IMG/VR virus record: IMGVR_UViG_3300034170_000057
DNA from: a virus
Taxonomy: Duplodnaviria > Caudoviricetes
DNA length: 64,000 nt
Reading direction: 5' to 3' (one strand)
In this document: piece after piece, positions 28,815-37,933 of the stretch
Position numbering within the stretch: position 1 is the stretch's first letter
Layout: each line of letters opens with the position of its first letter
Position numbers and translations under genes: made by a program
The notes under the pieces: model-generated
What the model was told of the DNA's origin: nothing
Seen by the model: only the letters and a program-made list of their open reading frames with translations
Databases searched by the model: none

Positions 28815-29357
28815 ATGCCTAACCAAAATGGATTTCCACGCATGAAACTGACAGGCCGTAAAATTCAAATCTGGCGCCAACGCCTGAATATCAAACAGAC
28901 TGACCTTGCCGATTATGTCGGCATTCCTCAAACGGATTTGCAGCGGATCGAAAATAAACAGCACGTGGAGCATACCGACGAAATTCTCACGCTGCTATGC
29001 GCTGCAATGACCTACTTCGACAGAACGTCGATGGCGGATATCGTGGTGGATGCCGTGAAACGAAATGTCAGCACGCACGGATTTGTCGCGGGTTTGCAAA
29101 CGCTGACAGATACCGACACGACGACAGAATTCTACGTGACGAAAATCCGGCAGGCGAAATCACACATGCGCATTGCGGACACTCTGCGTTTCCGTAAAAA
29201 TGCGCTGGCTGGAGAAAAGCGGTACACCCTGCTTTTCGATAAAGGGCGCGACATGGAATTGTGGGGCAACGCGTTTACGATTGCTGCCCACTACGAAAAA
29301 TACTACGGCGACCGGAAAGTAGTACGCATTATTTCGACCGAGGTAGCCCCTGCATGA
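28815..29357 (+). CDS. XRE-family HTH protein
   Basis: IQIWRQRLNIKQTDLADYVGIPQTDLQRIEN; start may be 28842. Confidence 0.75.
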   Translation: MPNQNGFPRMKLTGRKIQIWRQRLNIKQTDLADYVGIPQTDLQRIENKQHVEHTDEILTLLCAAMTYFDRTSMADIVVDAVKRNVSTHGFVAGLQTLTDTDTTTEFYVTKIRQAKSHMRIADTLRFRKNALAGEKRYTLLFDKGRDMELWGNAFTIAAHYEKYYGDRKVVRIISTEVAPA

Positions 29358-29361
29358 GCGA

Positions 29362-29862
29362 ATGCGCGTGAACCTGTTCATCACTCATAGTTCCCAAACT
29401 TTATGTGCGCGTGCCCACTGCGACGTGCATCTAAATAAAATGATGGTCGAGTGCGCGCAGTTACTTTCTACTGCGCACCATGCCACAACCGGGGAGCAGG
29501 TCGGATACAAACCAACGCACAAAAATCACCCGTGTGCAATTTGGGTCCGGGAGTCCGCAGCGAATTATCGGTGGGCGTTCATTTTCTTCTGCGCGCTGCA
29601 TACCGAATATGAATACAGGACGGGCAAGGTTCAGAAATCGGCGCGGTACAAAAAAGTCCTGCGCTGTGTTCCGCCACTTCCTGAAATCGGACTGACTCCA
29701 TTTGCGCAAGCGGTGGACGATGAACACCGGCACCCAAACACCCACATTGCATATAGGCGCCACATTCGCGCAAAGCTAATAGAGTGGCCTACCCGTGACA
29801 GACCAGTGCGCACCACGTACACCCGGCGCCCCGCACCATGCTTTCTAACCGATTCCCCTTAG
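29362..29862 (+). CDS. pyrimidine-dimer DNA glycosylase / T4 endonuclease V-like
   Basis: M.VN.F, HCD.H..KM..E.AQLLSTAH, YK.TH.NHPC.IW.RES..NY.W. Confidence 0.8.
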   Translation: MRVNLFITHSSQTLCARAHCDVHLNKMMVECAQLLSTAHHATTGEQVGYKPTHKNHPCAIWVRESAANYRWAFIFFCALHTEYEYRTGKVQKSARYKKVLRCVPPLPEIGLTPFAQAVDDEHRHPNTHIAYRRHIRAKLIEWPTRDRPVRTTYTRRPAPCFLTDSP

Positions 29863-30019
29863 CCCGCCCCGTGCGGGCTTTGTCGTTTCTGGTTCCCGCG
29901 TTCATTGGGTCAAACAGAAAGCGTTTGACGTTCTACAGGCCCTTTGATACCTTTGGGGCCTCAACGGACTTCTGCTGTCCGCTATTCTTGCACTCACACT
30001 ATATGGGAAGTTAGACATG
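29862..30019 (+). promoter_or_regulatory. terminator + sigma70 promoter + hairpin + CACTCAC leader (copy 2)
   Basis: CCCGC/GCGGG-CTTTGTCGTTTCTGG; TTGACG(29925)-17-TACCTT with TG; CGGAC-TTCTGCT-GTCCG; CACTCAC 29991. Confidence 0.85.
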
Positions 30020-30187
30020 ACCATCCGCATTGGCAATTTCAAAACCTCGAAACACACCTACGAAGCTGGCGTCGAGAAAGACGGCGTGCGCTCCACGATC
30101 ACCATTGATGCGAACACGCGCACCATTGCCGGAAAGCTGGCCCGTGAAAACGGCTACACCGTCCGCGATATGAATATGGTGGGCTGA
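30017..30187 (+). CDS. small early protein (56 aa; not in ORF track)
   Basis: GGGAAGTT RBS; MTIRIGNFK...MNMVG. Confidence 0.75.
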   Translation: MTIRIGNFKTSKHTYEAGVEKDGVRSTITIDANTRTIAGKLARENGYTVRDMNMVG

Positions 30188-30190
30188 TCC

Positions 30191-30472
30191 ATGGCTAAGC
30201 CTAATGCGATTCCGCAATTCTACTGGGGCGACGACGCAGTAATTGTACCGGGCACCCGTGTACGAATTGTGAGCCGCCACGGATCAACCGGAAACGGCAC
30301 GGTGACGGAAATCCTCTATTGGGATAACTGCCCGCCGACAATCTGTCTGGAAATGGACGCCGACGCGGTTTATTCAGAACGCGTGCAATCCGGATGGGGG
30401 CCAGACGAACAACGCATTGCCGACATTGGTGTTTTCGGCGGCGAGATAAAAGAAGTGCTAGCCAAGCATTAA
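30191..30472 (+). CDS. hypothetical protein
   Basis: 93 aa. Confidence 0.65.
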   Translation: MAKPNAIPQFYWGDDAVIVPGTRVRIVSRHGSTGNGTVTEILYWDNCPPTICLEMDADAVYSERVQSGWGPDEQRIADIGVFGGEIKEVLAKH

Positions 30473-30475
30473 CCA

Positions 30476-30541
30476 ACTACCCCGCCCTGTGCGGGGTTTG
30501 TCGGTAGTAAACCAAATCGCCCTTTATCAAGGACTGCAAAA
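30476..30541 (+). repeat. terminator-RBS cassette (copy 1 of 3)
   Basis: TACCCCGCCCTGTGCGGGGTTTGTCGGTAGT...CCTTTATCAAGGA. Confidence 0.9.
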
Positions 30542-31024
30542 ATGACCGCAACCAAACGCGTTACCACCGCCGCCATTATGAAAGCCATCGGCTGCGACCA
30601 CCTGAATCTGCATAAAGGTGCTGGCTACTTTTATTTCACCTACGACAATCAGCCGCTGGGCATTTACGAAACCGAAAACGTTATGGTCTGCGCACTCAAC
30701 CATTTGCCACTGGAGCGCTGGATTGCAGAGGGCCGTGACTTCGTAAAGAAAATGGAACCTGCGCCGCGCCATCCGGGTTTCGACCTGATTGACAAATTGC
30801 GGACGTGTCGTGAAGTGCTGAGCCGCAGGCCGAGCGGCGAATATATCCACAAGCACGAAATGCAAGAATTGTGGGACCGTGAACAGGAAATTTTGTGCGG
30901 CATGGAAGCGGAACGGCGTGCCGAGTTTTATTTGGAATGGATTAAAACCAACCGGTTCGACCGCAACGAAATGCCTGCTGCTTTTTACGCGGCTGAAAAA
31001 GCAAACGGTTTGGGGAAATACTGA
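30542..31024 (+). CDS. hypothetical protein
   Basis: 160 aa behind cassette. Confidence 0.75.
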   Translation: MTATKRVTTAAIMKAIGCDHLNLHKGAGYFYFTYDNQPLGIYETENVMVCALNHLPLERWIAEGRDFVKKMEPAPRHPGFDLIDKLRTCREVLSRRPSGEYIHKHEMQELWDREQEILCGMEAERRAEFYLEWIKTNRFDRNEMPAAFYAAEKANGLGKY

Positions 31025-31025
31025 A

Positions 31026-31286
31026 ATGTGCAACGTACCAGAAGATGAATTTTGTGCAGCCTGTGCCGATGTTGCGCCGACTGATCCGTATTACGGCCAG
31101 TGCTTGGCGTGCGGGAACTTAGATCCCCGTGGCGCACCTGCAAAGGCTGCTGCCTACGTGCTGGAACTGGAAGGCCTGCTGCAAGATGCTATTGCGCAGT
31201 GCTACACCAAAAACAAACCTATGCAAGATCCTTTGCATATTCGTATTACGCAGGCGCTGACCCGCGACCGTGGACAAGGTAATTAA
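31026..31286 (+). CDS. small Cys-motif protein
   Basis: CAAC...CLAC. Confidence 0.55.
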   Translation: MCNVPEDEFCAACADVAPTDPYYGQCLACGNLDPRGAPAKAAAYVLELEGLLQDAIAQCYTKNKPMQDPLHIRITQALTRDRGQGN

Positions 31287-31288
31287 TC

Positions 31289-31741
31289 ATGACGCCGAAT
31301 GACGTTGCGAAAGTGAATCGCCGCCTGAAACCCAGCAACATGAAAATTCGCCGTTACGGTAGCGGCCACGCACTGTTCGATATTACCGGCACGCATCCGG
31401 AATTCATGGATTTCCTTTCCGTGCCAGATATGACGCTTTCGACGGTCGAGGAACTGGCTGCACTCTGCCGGTTGAAAGATACCCGCGCCCCTGCGCAGGA
31501 AACCCCGCCTGTCAAAAAGAAAGGCGTAGCGCGGGAGAAAGTGCCTCGTGATGTGCGCGGCGTTGAAATCGGAATCGGTGATTTGGTTTCCTATGCGATT
31601 GACTCGCGCCTGTACTGCAATCATGTGGTACGGATTACGCCTGCATTTGTTTGGATGGGTTGCGATCCGGACAAGCGCAATCTAACAGGTAACGCCCGAC
31701 GCGAACCCAACCGCGTTGTGGTAATCGAGAAAGCCAAATGA
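31289..31741 (+). CDS. hypothetical protein
   Basis: 150 aa; C-terminal 'D.RG.EI.IGDLV' SH3-like segment. Confidence 0.65.
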   Translation: MTPNDVAKVNRRLKPSNMKIRRYGSGHALFDITGTHPEFMDFLSVPDMTLSTVEELAALCRLKDTRAPAQETPPVKKKGVAREKVPRDVRGVEIGIGDLVSYAIDSRLYCNHVVRITPAFVWMGCDPDKRNLTGNARREPNRVVVIEKAK

Positions 31742-31941
31742 TTAAATTTATTCGCTGGCTTCTTGGTTTGTGCGTTCATGATTTCCGCGTGGTGGGAATC
31801 GAGGATGTGAAATGGCGTTCTGATCAACACAACCGACTTATCGACACTGATATGGCGCACGCTGGTGTAATCCACCACCGCAACTATACGATCCACTGCA
31901 CGAAATGCCCGTGCGTGAAAGTGAAACGAATTAAAATCTGA
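31738..31941 (+). CDS. small Cys/His protein
   Basis: LC.HDF...CTKC. Confidence 0.55.
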   Translation: MIKFIRWLLGLCVHDFRVVGIEDVKWRSDQHNRLIDTDMAHAGVIHHRNYTIHCTKCPCVKVKRIKI

Positions 31942-31951
31942 GGGCCAGACC

Positions 31952-32329
31952 ATGCAACAATCCAACCTGCTTTCCAACGTGCCAAAAATCAAAGCGCTGT
32001 TTGATCAAAATCCAACGCTGCCACAACCCCCACTGGAAGCGACGTTCCACCTGAAATTCCACGATCACCCGGAACACGTGGAAATCGAAGTGTGCCAATT
32101 TATTTTCACACGCTCGACCATACACGTTCCAAAGGCCAGCAACGATTTCGAAATCATCACGAGCGGACAACCGCCTGTGACCGGTGAAGACTCTGTAGAG
32201 GCCCTACAGCACGCGCTGCAAAAGATAGGCTACATACGCACGCCAGAACAGGCATTGACCCGTATGTTCACCATGGCGAAGACCACAAAGACCAAATACC
32301 CGCGCAAGGGCAAAGTTCGCCGCAAATAA
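31952..32329 (+). CDS. hypothetical protein
   Basis: GAGG RBS. Confidence 0.6.
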   Translation: MQQSNLLSNVPKIKALFDQNPTLPQPPLEATFHLKFHDHPEHVEIEVCQFIFTRSTIHVPKASNDFEIITSGQPPVTGEDSVEALQHALQKIGYIRTPEQALTRMFTMAKTTKTKYPRKGKVRRK

Positions 32330-32340
32330 AAGATACAACT

Positions 32341-32395
32341 TACCCCGCCCTGTGCGGGGTTTGTCGGTAGTGGCCTTTATCAAGGAATTCAAAAC
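32341..32395 (+). repeat. terminator-RBS cassette (copy 2 of 3)
   Basis: 31 bp identical to 30478-30508. Confidence 0.9.
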
Positions 32396-32890
32396 ATGCT
32401 TTATTTAACCGTGCTGTCTTCAGAAGTACCAACGCAGGCCGATATCTGGCCGCTCGTTGGGCAGTATCCAGACCTGTCCGAAAAGTTCCAAGCATTCATG
32501 AATCCGGAAACTAGCCGGATTAAAGTGGACGTGCGTAGTTCTGCCGAGTTCGCAGATTTGAAACTGCGCCCGTATATGTTCGCGGTGCGGTTGACCGAGG
32601 GCGGTGTTGAATTCGATTATGATCACCTGCCCATTATCGTGCTGTACAACAAGACTCCGGAACAGCACGATCTGGAACACACAAAGCAGCGCCTGCAATT
32701 CCAACTGCCTGACATTTGGAAAGCGCTCGAATTTATTATGGATGCTGAATATTCCGATATGGAACAGCATGTCACTTCTACAGGTAACGGCCTGCTGATC
32801 ATGCGCGACATTAACCGCGCAGAACTGCGTGACGCATTTGCACGCGGCAACCGTTCTAATTTCACCGTCGTCGAAGGATCTAAATCATGA
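32396..32890 (+). CDS. hypothetical protein
   Basis: 164 aa behind cassette. Confidence 0.75.
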   Translation: MLYLTVLSSEVPTQADIWPLVGQYPDLSEKFQAFMNPETSRIKVDVRSSAEFADLKLRPYMFAVRLTEGGVEFDYDHLPIIVLYNKTPEQHDLEHTKQRLQFQLPDIWKALEFIMDAEYSDMEQHVTSTGNGLLIMRDINRAELRDAFARGNRSNFTVVEGSKS

Positions 32891-33444
32891 GCATCGAAAA
32901 CAAGAAGCTGATTAATTTGCTGGCACAGGCAATTCAGGATATCAACGCGCACGGTTCCGATGTGCTGGAAATTATCGACCGCCTGAATTGCGACATGCGC
33001 GACGTTGCGGATACCAGCGAGCCGATTCTTCCACGTCGCAAATACGACGAAGTGTGGAAAGCTCCCGAACTGGTGCCGATGGAATGTTTCTATGACCGGA
33101 ACGAATTCGAACGCGCAGTGCCAAGGGGCTACCGGCTGCGCGTGGCATTCCTCACAAATAAATCGTGGTGCGAAACCTACAGCATCGCAACGCAGGAACC
33201 GCACTACGTCGAAGCACCTGCGGGCAGCGGCGCAGAATACGTGGATGTGTTTTTTGAGCGCACCAATCGTAACTGCGACATTGCGAAGGCTTCCGCTTTC
33301 CACCGAGCGCTTAAAGATGCGTATATGCTGAAAACTATGAACAGCTTCGGTATCGGTTCTAGTGCGCCGTGCGAACACCTGCGCTTTACCGTTACGCACG
33401 ACAAATTCCGCGAAGATCAAATGATGGATCAGGATTCCGTATGA
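32887..33444 (+). CDS. hypothetical protein
   Basis: 185 aa, ATGA coupling. Confidence 0.7.
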   Translation: MSIENKKLINLLAQAIQDINAHGSDVLEIIDRLNCDMRDVADTSEPILPRRKYDEVWKAPELVPMECFYDRNEFERAVPRGYRLRVAFLTNKSWCETYSIATQEPHYVEAPAGSGAEYVDVFFERTNRNCDIAKASAFHRALKDAYMLKTMNSFGIGSSAPCEHLRFTVTHDKFREDQMMDQDSV

Positions 33445-33665
33445 TGACCGACATTGAACCGATTTGGTGGCTGCGCATTTTCATGATTGCGCTTTTGTTA
33501 GGCATGGGGATTTTCGGCTGGTGCGAGATTTCCAAAGCGCGGACGATTAAGCGCTATTACGACAGCCGCCGTAAAGCATTCGACGCACAATTAGCAGCGG
33601 CCATTCTGACGGTCGCTGCGCACTCTAACGAAAAACCCAAGGAAGAGAAAAATTCTGATGAATGA
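33441..33665 (+). CDS. small membrane protein
   Basis: One TM segment. Confidence 0.55.
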   Translation: MMTDIEPIWWLRIFMIALLLGMGIFGWCEISKARTIKRYYDSRRKAFDAQLAAAILTVAAHSNEKPKEEKNSDE

Positions 33666-34044
33666 TGCACTGCCCTCAAAAATATTCGGCGCTCGCCTTT
33701 CGTGGACATTTGAAGGCGTGACCAAAACGCAAACCAATTGGTACTCCACCAATGAACAGGAGGCGCAAGCGTGCCTCTTAAAGGCGCAGGCAATTGCACC
33801 ACCGGCTAACTGCGCCATTGTGTGGGAAACGGTTTCTGACGACGTGCGTATTCTGTCACCGGGCATTTACATCACTGACAAAAAGCACCTAGTGGAAATC
33901 TACGAAGTGGGGCCTTTTGTTGTGCGTGGCTGTTTTCTGAAACCCAACCGCAAACACATGCAACACGAACAGTGCCAGTTCTACGCCAACGGCGCACCAA
34001 CAACCCACAAGAACTGGGGCAGTATCGCGGATCTTGTGGCGTAA
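33658..34044 (+). CDS. hypothetical protein
   Basis: 128 aa. Confidence 0.6.
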   Translation: MNDALPSKIFGARLSWTFEGVTKTQTNWYSTNEQEAQACLLKAQAIAPPANCAIVWETVSDDVRILSPGIYITDKKHLVEIYEVGPFVVRGCFLKPNRKHMQHEQCQFYANGAPTTHKNWGSIADLVA

Positions 34045-34071
34045 CGAAATTTAAACCCCGAGGAATAAATA

Positions 34072-34503
34072 ATGACGCAGAAATTAACCCACTTCGTAAT
34101 TCCAGCAGGCCGCACGCTTCACGAGGTCGTTTGCAAAATCCCGCAACCGGATGGTGAAGAAACCGGCCACACATCGTGGGGCGACCGAGAATTCAACCAC
34201 CTATTTACAACTGTTGAGGGTGACGGTTCTGTAATCGTGGAATTGCTAGATCGGTTTTACATCGTTTCGCCTTCTACAGGTCGCCGTGGTTTCGGTGACA
34301 AGATTATGGACGCGAACGATGATCTGTTTACCGGGCTGCTGGAAACTGATCCGCTGTTCGATCAGGTCTGCAAAGCTGACAAATGGCTTTACACCGTTTC
34401 GGCAGACTTCACACCGGAACCAAAACCGGGCGGCGACTTGCACATTCGCCAGCTTTGCAAAATCAGCGTGCGTCGATATACGCCGTTGGTGGAAATGGAA
34501 TAA
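34072..34503 (+). CDS. hypothetical protein
   Basis: GAGGA RBS. Confidence 0.7.
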   Translation: MTQKLTHFVIPAGRTLHEVVCKIPQPDGEETGHTSWGDREFNHLFTTVEGDGSVIVELLDRFYIVSPSTGRRGFGDKIMDANDDLFTGLLETDPLFDQVCKADKWLYTVSADFTPEPKPGGDLHIRQLCKISVRRYTPLVEME

Positions 34504-34513
34504 GCGAAACCAG

Positions 34514-34539
34514 AAGCCGAGGCCAGTCCTCGGCTTTTC
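34514..34539 (+). terminator. intrinsic terminator
   Basis: AAGCCGAGG-CCAGT-CCTCGGCTT-TT. Confidence 0.7.
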
Positions 34540-34561
34540 ACTTTCTATAGGAGGTAAAACC

Positions 34562-34741
34562 ATGAGCCTGAACATTCTAGAGGTCGTGCAGTACACGTGT
34601 ATCGCGATTCTGGCTGTGGGCGTTCCTGTGGAGCTTTGGCGCCGCTACAAAGGCCCGAGCCCATATGAACAGGCGGTGCAGGAACTGGAACAGAAGCTGA
34701 AAGCAAAACCGGAACCGGAAGGCGAAAGCAAAAGTAGTTGA
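34562..34741 (+). CDS. small membrane-anchored protein
   Basis: AGGAGG RBS; N-terminal TM. Confidence 0.7.
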   Translation: MSLNILEVVQYTCIAILAVGVPVELWRRYKGPSPYEQAVQELEQKLKAKPEPEGESKSS

Positions 34742-34827
34742 CACCGGAACACGGTTTTGCGATTCTTTGGTGGCGGGCAAACTGTGCCTGCTATTTAGAC
34801 ACTCACGCAATTAGGGAAGTTAAGATG
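34738..34827 (+). promoter_or_regulatory. sigma70 promoter + hairpin + CACTCAC leader (copy 3)
   Basis: TTGACA-17-GATTCT; GCGGGCA-AACTG-TGCCTGC; CACTCAC 34800; GGGAAGTT; ATG 34825. Confidence 0.85.
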
Positions 34828-35172
34828 AGCCGGATGCAATTCACACCTATCGAAAGCTGGGCCGTTCCAAAGTTCGCTGGCACGCTTTCGTTCTTCGAAA
34901 CCATCGCCGTGTCGGAATTGGAAAACAAGGAAATCCGTCTCGACGCAGAAACACAACGCGCCCTTATCGGTTTCCCGGTTTTCGGCAAGCAAGCGTTTCG
35001 TGTGAATAGCGACGGCGGGATCACCGTTCGCAAATCGGTTGCGTTCGGGCAGGATTCAGAAGAATGCACGTACACGCCCCGCGAATTGGATTATGCGCGC
35101 CTGAATAATCTTAAACTGGTTCCACTTACAACTGGCCCCGGTATTTTTGCCGGTCTGCCAAAGGAGGACTAA
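34825..35172 (+). CDS. hypothetical early protein
   Basis: First gene after leader copy 3. Confidence 0.7.
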   Translation: MSRMQFTPIESWAVPKFAGTLSFFETIAVSELENKEIRLDAETQRALIGFPVFGKQAFRVNSDGGITVRKSVAFGQDSEECTYTPRELDYARLNNLKLVPLTTGPGIFAGLPKED

Positions 35173-35453
35173 TGTACGATCTAGCGGTGTTGGCTGCCTA
35201 TAGCGTTTTGGTCGTGGTAGCTTTCTACGTCGTGCTGGGAATTATCTTCGCGGCGTTTATGACCTACTACGTCACACAAACGCATGTGGTGGATGCTAAA
35301 AGCGCCATCATCTATACGCGCATTAAGGAAATGCCGTGGCGCTGGAAAATCATCGTCAGCGTGGGCGTGTGGCTTTATCTGATATTCCTGTGGCTGCCTT
35401 TAATCCTCGATTGGAAAGTGCCGCCGATTCCACCACTTGATGGGAGCAAATGA
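35172..35453 (+). CDS. membrane protein (2 TM)
   Basis: GGAGG RBS; two hydrophobic segments. Confidence 0.65.
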   Translation: MYDLAVLAAYSVLVVVAFYVVLGIIFAAFMTYYVTQTHVVDAKSAIIYTRIKEMPWRWKIIVSVGVWLYLIFLWLPLILDWKVPPIPPLDGSK

Positions 35454-35454
35454 C

Positions 35455-35856
35455 ATGCCTGCATTCCCGCAAAAATTGATCCTGTCGAGTTACCAACGCG
35501 ACGTGATTATGCACCGCCTAGAGCATTTGTCGGGCCTGCATACTTTCGACGTGGCGGAACTGTTTGAAGACCTCGACCGAAAACAGCAGCTGGATTCTGT
35601 GCGCGTGGTTGACGCCATCGAACATCTGCACACGTTTTTCAATTCGCATAAAGGCCCGTTGGTTTCTGTGCAACTTGAAAACGAGGAACAGGCCGAAGTT
35701 CTGGCCGAGTGCTTTGAAGGCTCGACTTACTTCGCCACGCATATAAAGGGAGACGGTGTTTATCGCCATGCCGCAAAATCGGCTGCTGAACTTCTGGCAA
35801 CGGTTTTAGATCGTGACGTGATGGCCCACATTGATCCTATCCCGCTGCACGGATAA
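35455..35856 (+). CDS. hypothetical protein
   Basis: GGGAG RBS. Confidence 0.65.
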   Translation: MPAFPQKLILSSYQRDVIMHRLEHLSGLHTFDVAELFEDLDRKQQLDSVRVVDAIEHLHTFFNSHKGPLVSVQLENEEQAEVLAECFEGSTYFATHIKGDGVYRHAAKSAAELLATVLDRDVMAHIDPIPLHG

Positions 35857-35862
35857 ACCCTT

Positions 35863-35886
35863 ATGCGCATCTAGAATGGTGCGCAT
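35863..35886 (+). repeat. GCATC/GGTGC-type intergenic hairpin; relatives at 41537, 43671, 47484, 52439
   Basis: ATGCGCATC-TAGAAT-GGTGCGCAT. Confidence 0.7.
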
Positions 35887-35932
35887 GCAGGTTGTACCGA
35901 AACCCCGAAACCTCACGTAAGGAGATTTACCG

Positions 35933-36205
35933 ATGGCACGCAAAACAGAAGCGGCCAATCTTGAAATCGCATCCCCCGAAAATCTGAACCCTGCACTTTC
36001 CCATTTCATCGTCGTGGATTACGGGGATTGGGGTTTCGGTTCCACGGTTCGGGAAGCGCTGGAAAAGATTCCGGGCGGAAACCGTTCCCGGCTGCAAAAG
36101 CATATGCAGGTATGGCACGTAACCCCGGAAACACGGCTCGGCGCGGATGGTCGGTTTTTTGGTCACGGGCAAAACTACCCGGTCCTAAACGAAAGCCACC
36201 GCTGA
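35933..36205 (+). CDS. hypothetical protein
   Basis: AAGGAG RBS. Confidence 0.7.
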   Translation: MARKTEAANLEIASPENLNPALSHFIVVDYGDWGFGSTVREALEKIPGGNRSRLQKHMQVWHVTPETRLGADGRFFGHGQNYPVLNESHR

Positions 36206-36211
36206 AACATG

Positions 36212-36306
36212 TTGACACCCCAGCGCCTGTAATGGCATTCTGAAATCCAATCGGCAACAACGCCGACGCAGTATCACACTCACACTTTATAGGAAGTTAA
36301 AACATG
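36212..36306 (+). promoter_or_regulatory. sigma70 promoter + hairpin + CACTCAC leader (copy 4)
   Basis: TTGACA-18-CATTCT with TG; TCGGC-AACAAC-GCCGA; CACTCAC 36277; AGGAAGTT. Confidence 0.85.
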
Positions 36307-37836
36307 ACCACTACTACCCACACTCAAGCTGCTCTGTTGGTTGCTGCCGTTACCGCCCTGAACAAACAAATTTCCGTTTCCAAAAAAGGCGGCGTGGAAG
36401 TTCCAAGTATCGGCGCCGAAGTTGTACCGGGTATCAAACTGCGCGACCTGAAAAACTGGCTGAAGGACTTCACCGCCAAACAAGCCGACGCTTCGAAACC
36501 TGCCCCTGTTGCAAAAGCGGCCCCTGCTGTAAAAACCCCGGCTGCTGCAAAAACTGCCCCGGTCGCTGTAGAACTGAAATCGAGCGAAATTCGTGAAGCG
36601 GGCGTGGTTCTGCTGGGCCGTGCAAAAGAAACCGTGAAGCGCATCACCAAAGTGGGCGAAGAGCGTTTCGTGATTACCGAAAACGGTCTGCGTATCTCGG
36701 TTGCGCATCTGGAACGCAACAACCGTGGCAATATCCGCGTGATCGAATCCGAGGTCGCCGCGTATCTGGCCGAAAAAGCACCTGCTGCAAAAACACCTGC
36801 TGCTGCTGCTGCAAAACCTGCTGCAAAAACTGCCGAGCAAATCGCCAAGGCAGGCACCCGTAAGGCTTCCACTGTTGAACAGGAAGAGTTGCCAGAAGAA
36901 GCACCAGCCGCTACCGGTGGCCGCGTGTACCCGATTCGCGCTCTGACCCTCAAACCGGGCGCCCTGCTGGTAAGCGCTGAATACGACCGCAACACAAGCA
37001 CCCTGTATGCCACTCTCAAAGACGGCGCAGTATGGGCATATGAAGGCGTGAAACTGAGTGAAGTTCGTGCGCTCGAAAACGCCTCGATCCCGAGCAAACA
37101 TTTCTCGGCTCACGTTGCGAACAGCAAGAAAGGCCACATGGTCAAAAACCACAAGCCTGTGCCTGCCGCTGCTGAAAAAGCCCCGGTGAAAACCGCCGCT
37201 GCAAAACCTGCTGCAAAAACTACTGCCGCTAAACCAGCGTCGGCACCTGCTCCACAAGTGGCTGAAATCAGCACCACTGCACTGCGCGCAAATGGCTTCT
37301 TGGATGGTCGCAAGCACGAAACCGTTGCCAGCATTAACCGCGTCAAAGAAACCGGCCAGCGTATCGTGGTGACTGCAAGCGGTAAGCGTATTCCGCTGGA
37401 TTCGATCATTCTGGTAAAAGGCAAGTTCCGCGTTTCCGACCTTGCTTTGATCAGCGGCGCAGTTAATCCGGCCAAAGGCAAAACCGCTGCATCTGCCCCG
37501 GCACCGGCTCCAAAGGGTACTGAAAACACCCGCAAAGAGTTGAACGGCAAGGCTGCAAAACTGAACTTTGCTGCTGCCGAAAAAGCCCCGGTGAAAACCC
37601 CGGCCAAAGTGGTTTCGGAAAAGCCAAGCCGCACACAAGTTAAAGAGGCGTGCGTGCGTGTGATCAAGGGCAACAAGGAAAAACTGGTTAGCGTGATTCG
37701 TATCGTTAACCGTGACGATGTACTGGTGGCCGTGACTGAAAACAAAGGCGTGCTGCCGTATAACCTGATTATGTCGTTTGACGGTCAACCGACCTACACC
37801 GGCAAAATCACCGCCGAAGAATTCCGCGCTCTGTAA
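36304..37836 (+). CDS. multidomain protein: KTSC domain, three repeated beta domains, histone H1/AlgP-like AKPAAK linkers
   Basis: SAEYDRNTSTLYATLKDGAVWAYEGV (KTSC-like, about 36958-37134); A/K/P-rich linkers; strongly biased codons. Confidence 0.75.
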   Translation: MTTTTHTQAALLVAAVTALNKQISVSKKGGVEVPSIGAEVVPGIKLRDLKNWLKDFTAKQADASKPAPVAKAAPAVKTPAAAKTAPVAVELKSSEIREAGVVLLGRAKETVKRITKVGEERFVITENGLRISVAHLERNNRGNIRVIESEVAAYLAEKAPAAKTPAAAAAKPAAKTAEQIAKAGTRKASTVEQEELPEEAPAATGGRVYPIRALTLKPGALLVSAEYDRNTSTLYATLKDGAVWAYEGVKLSEVRALENASIPSKHFSAHVANSKKGHMVKNHKPVPAAAEKAPVKTAAAKPAAKTTAAKPASAPAPQVAEISTTALRANGFLDGRKHETVASINRVKETGQRIVVTASGKRIPLDSIILVKGKFRVSDLALISGAVNPAKGKTAASAPAPAPKGTENTRKELNGKAAKLNFAAAEKAPVKTPAKVVSEKPSRTQVKEACVRVIKGNKEKLVSVIRIVNRDDVLVAVTENKGVLPYNLIMSFDGQPTYTGKITAEEFRAL

Positions 37837-37933
37837 CTAGGGCGCTTCCTAGAAACACCCCCGGCGCGTAAATGCAAAGGGGGTTATTTTTCGCCTTCGT
37901 TTTTCCATCACAAATGCTAAGGAGGGTATTAGC

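Noticed and set aside
36280-37788. 502 aa minus-strand ORF (also 19583-20524, 57562-58917, 49374-50399)
   Set aside because: Fully overlaps well-supported + strand genes; F/C/S-rich composition typical of antisense shadows
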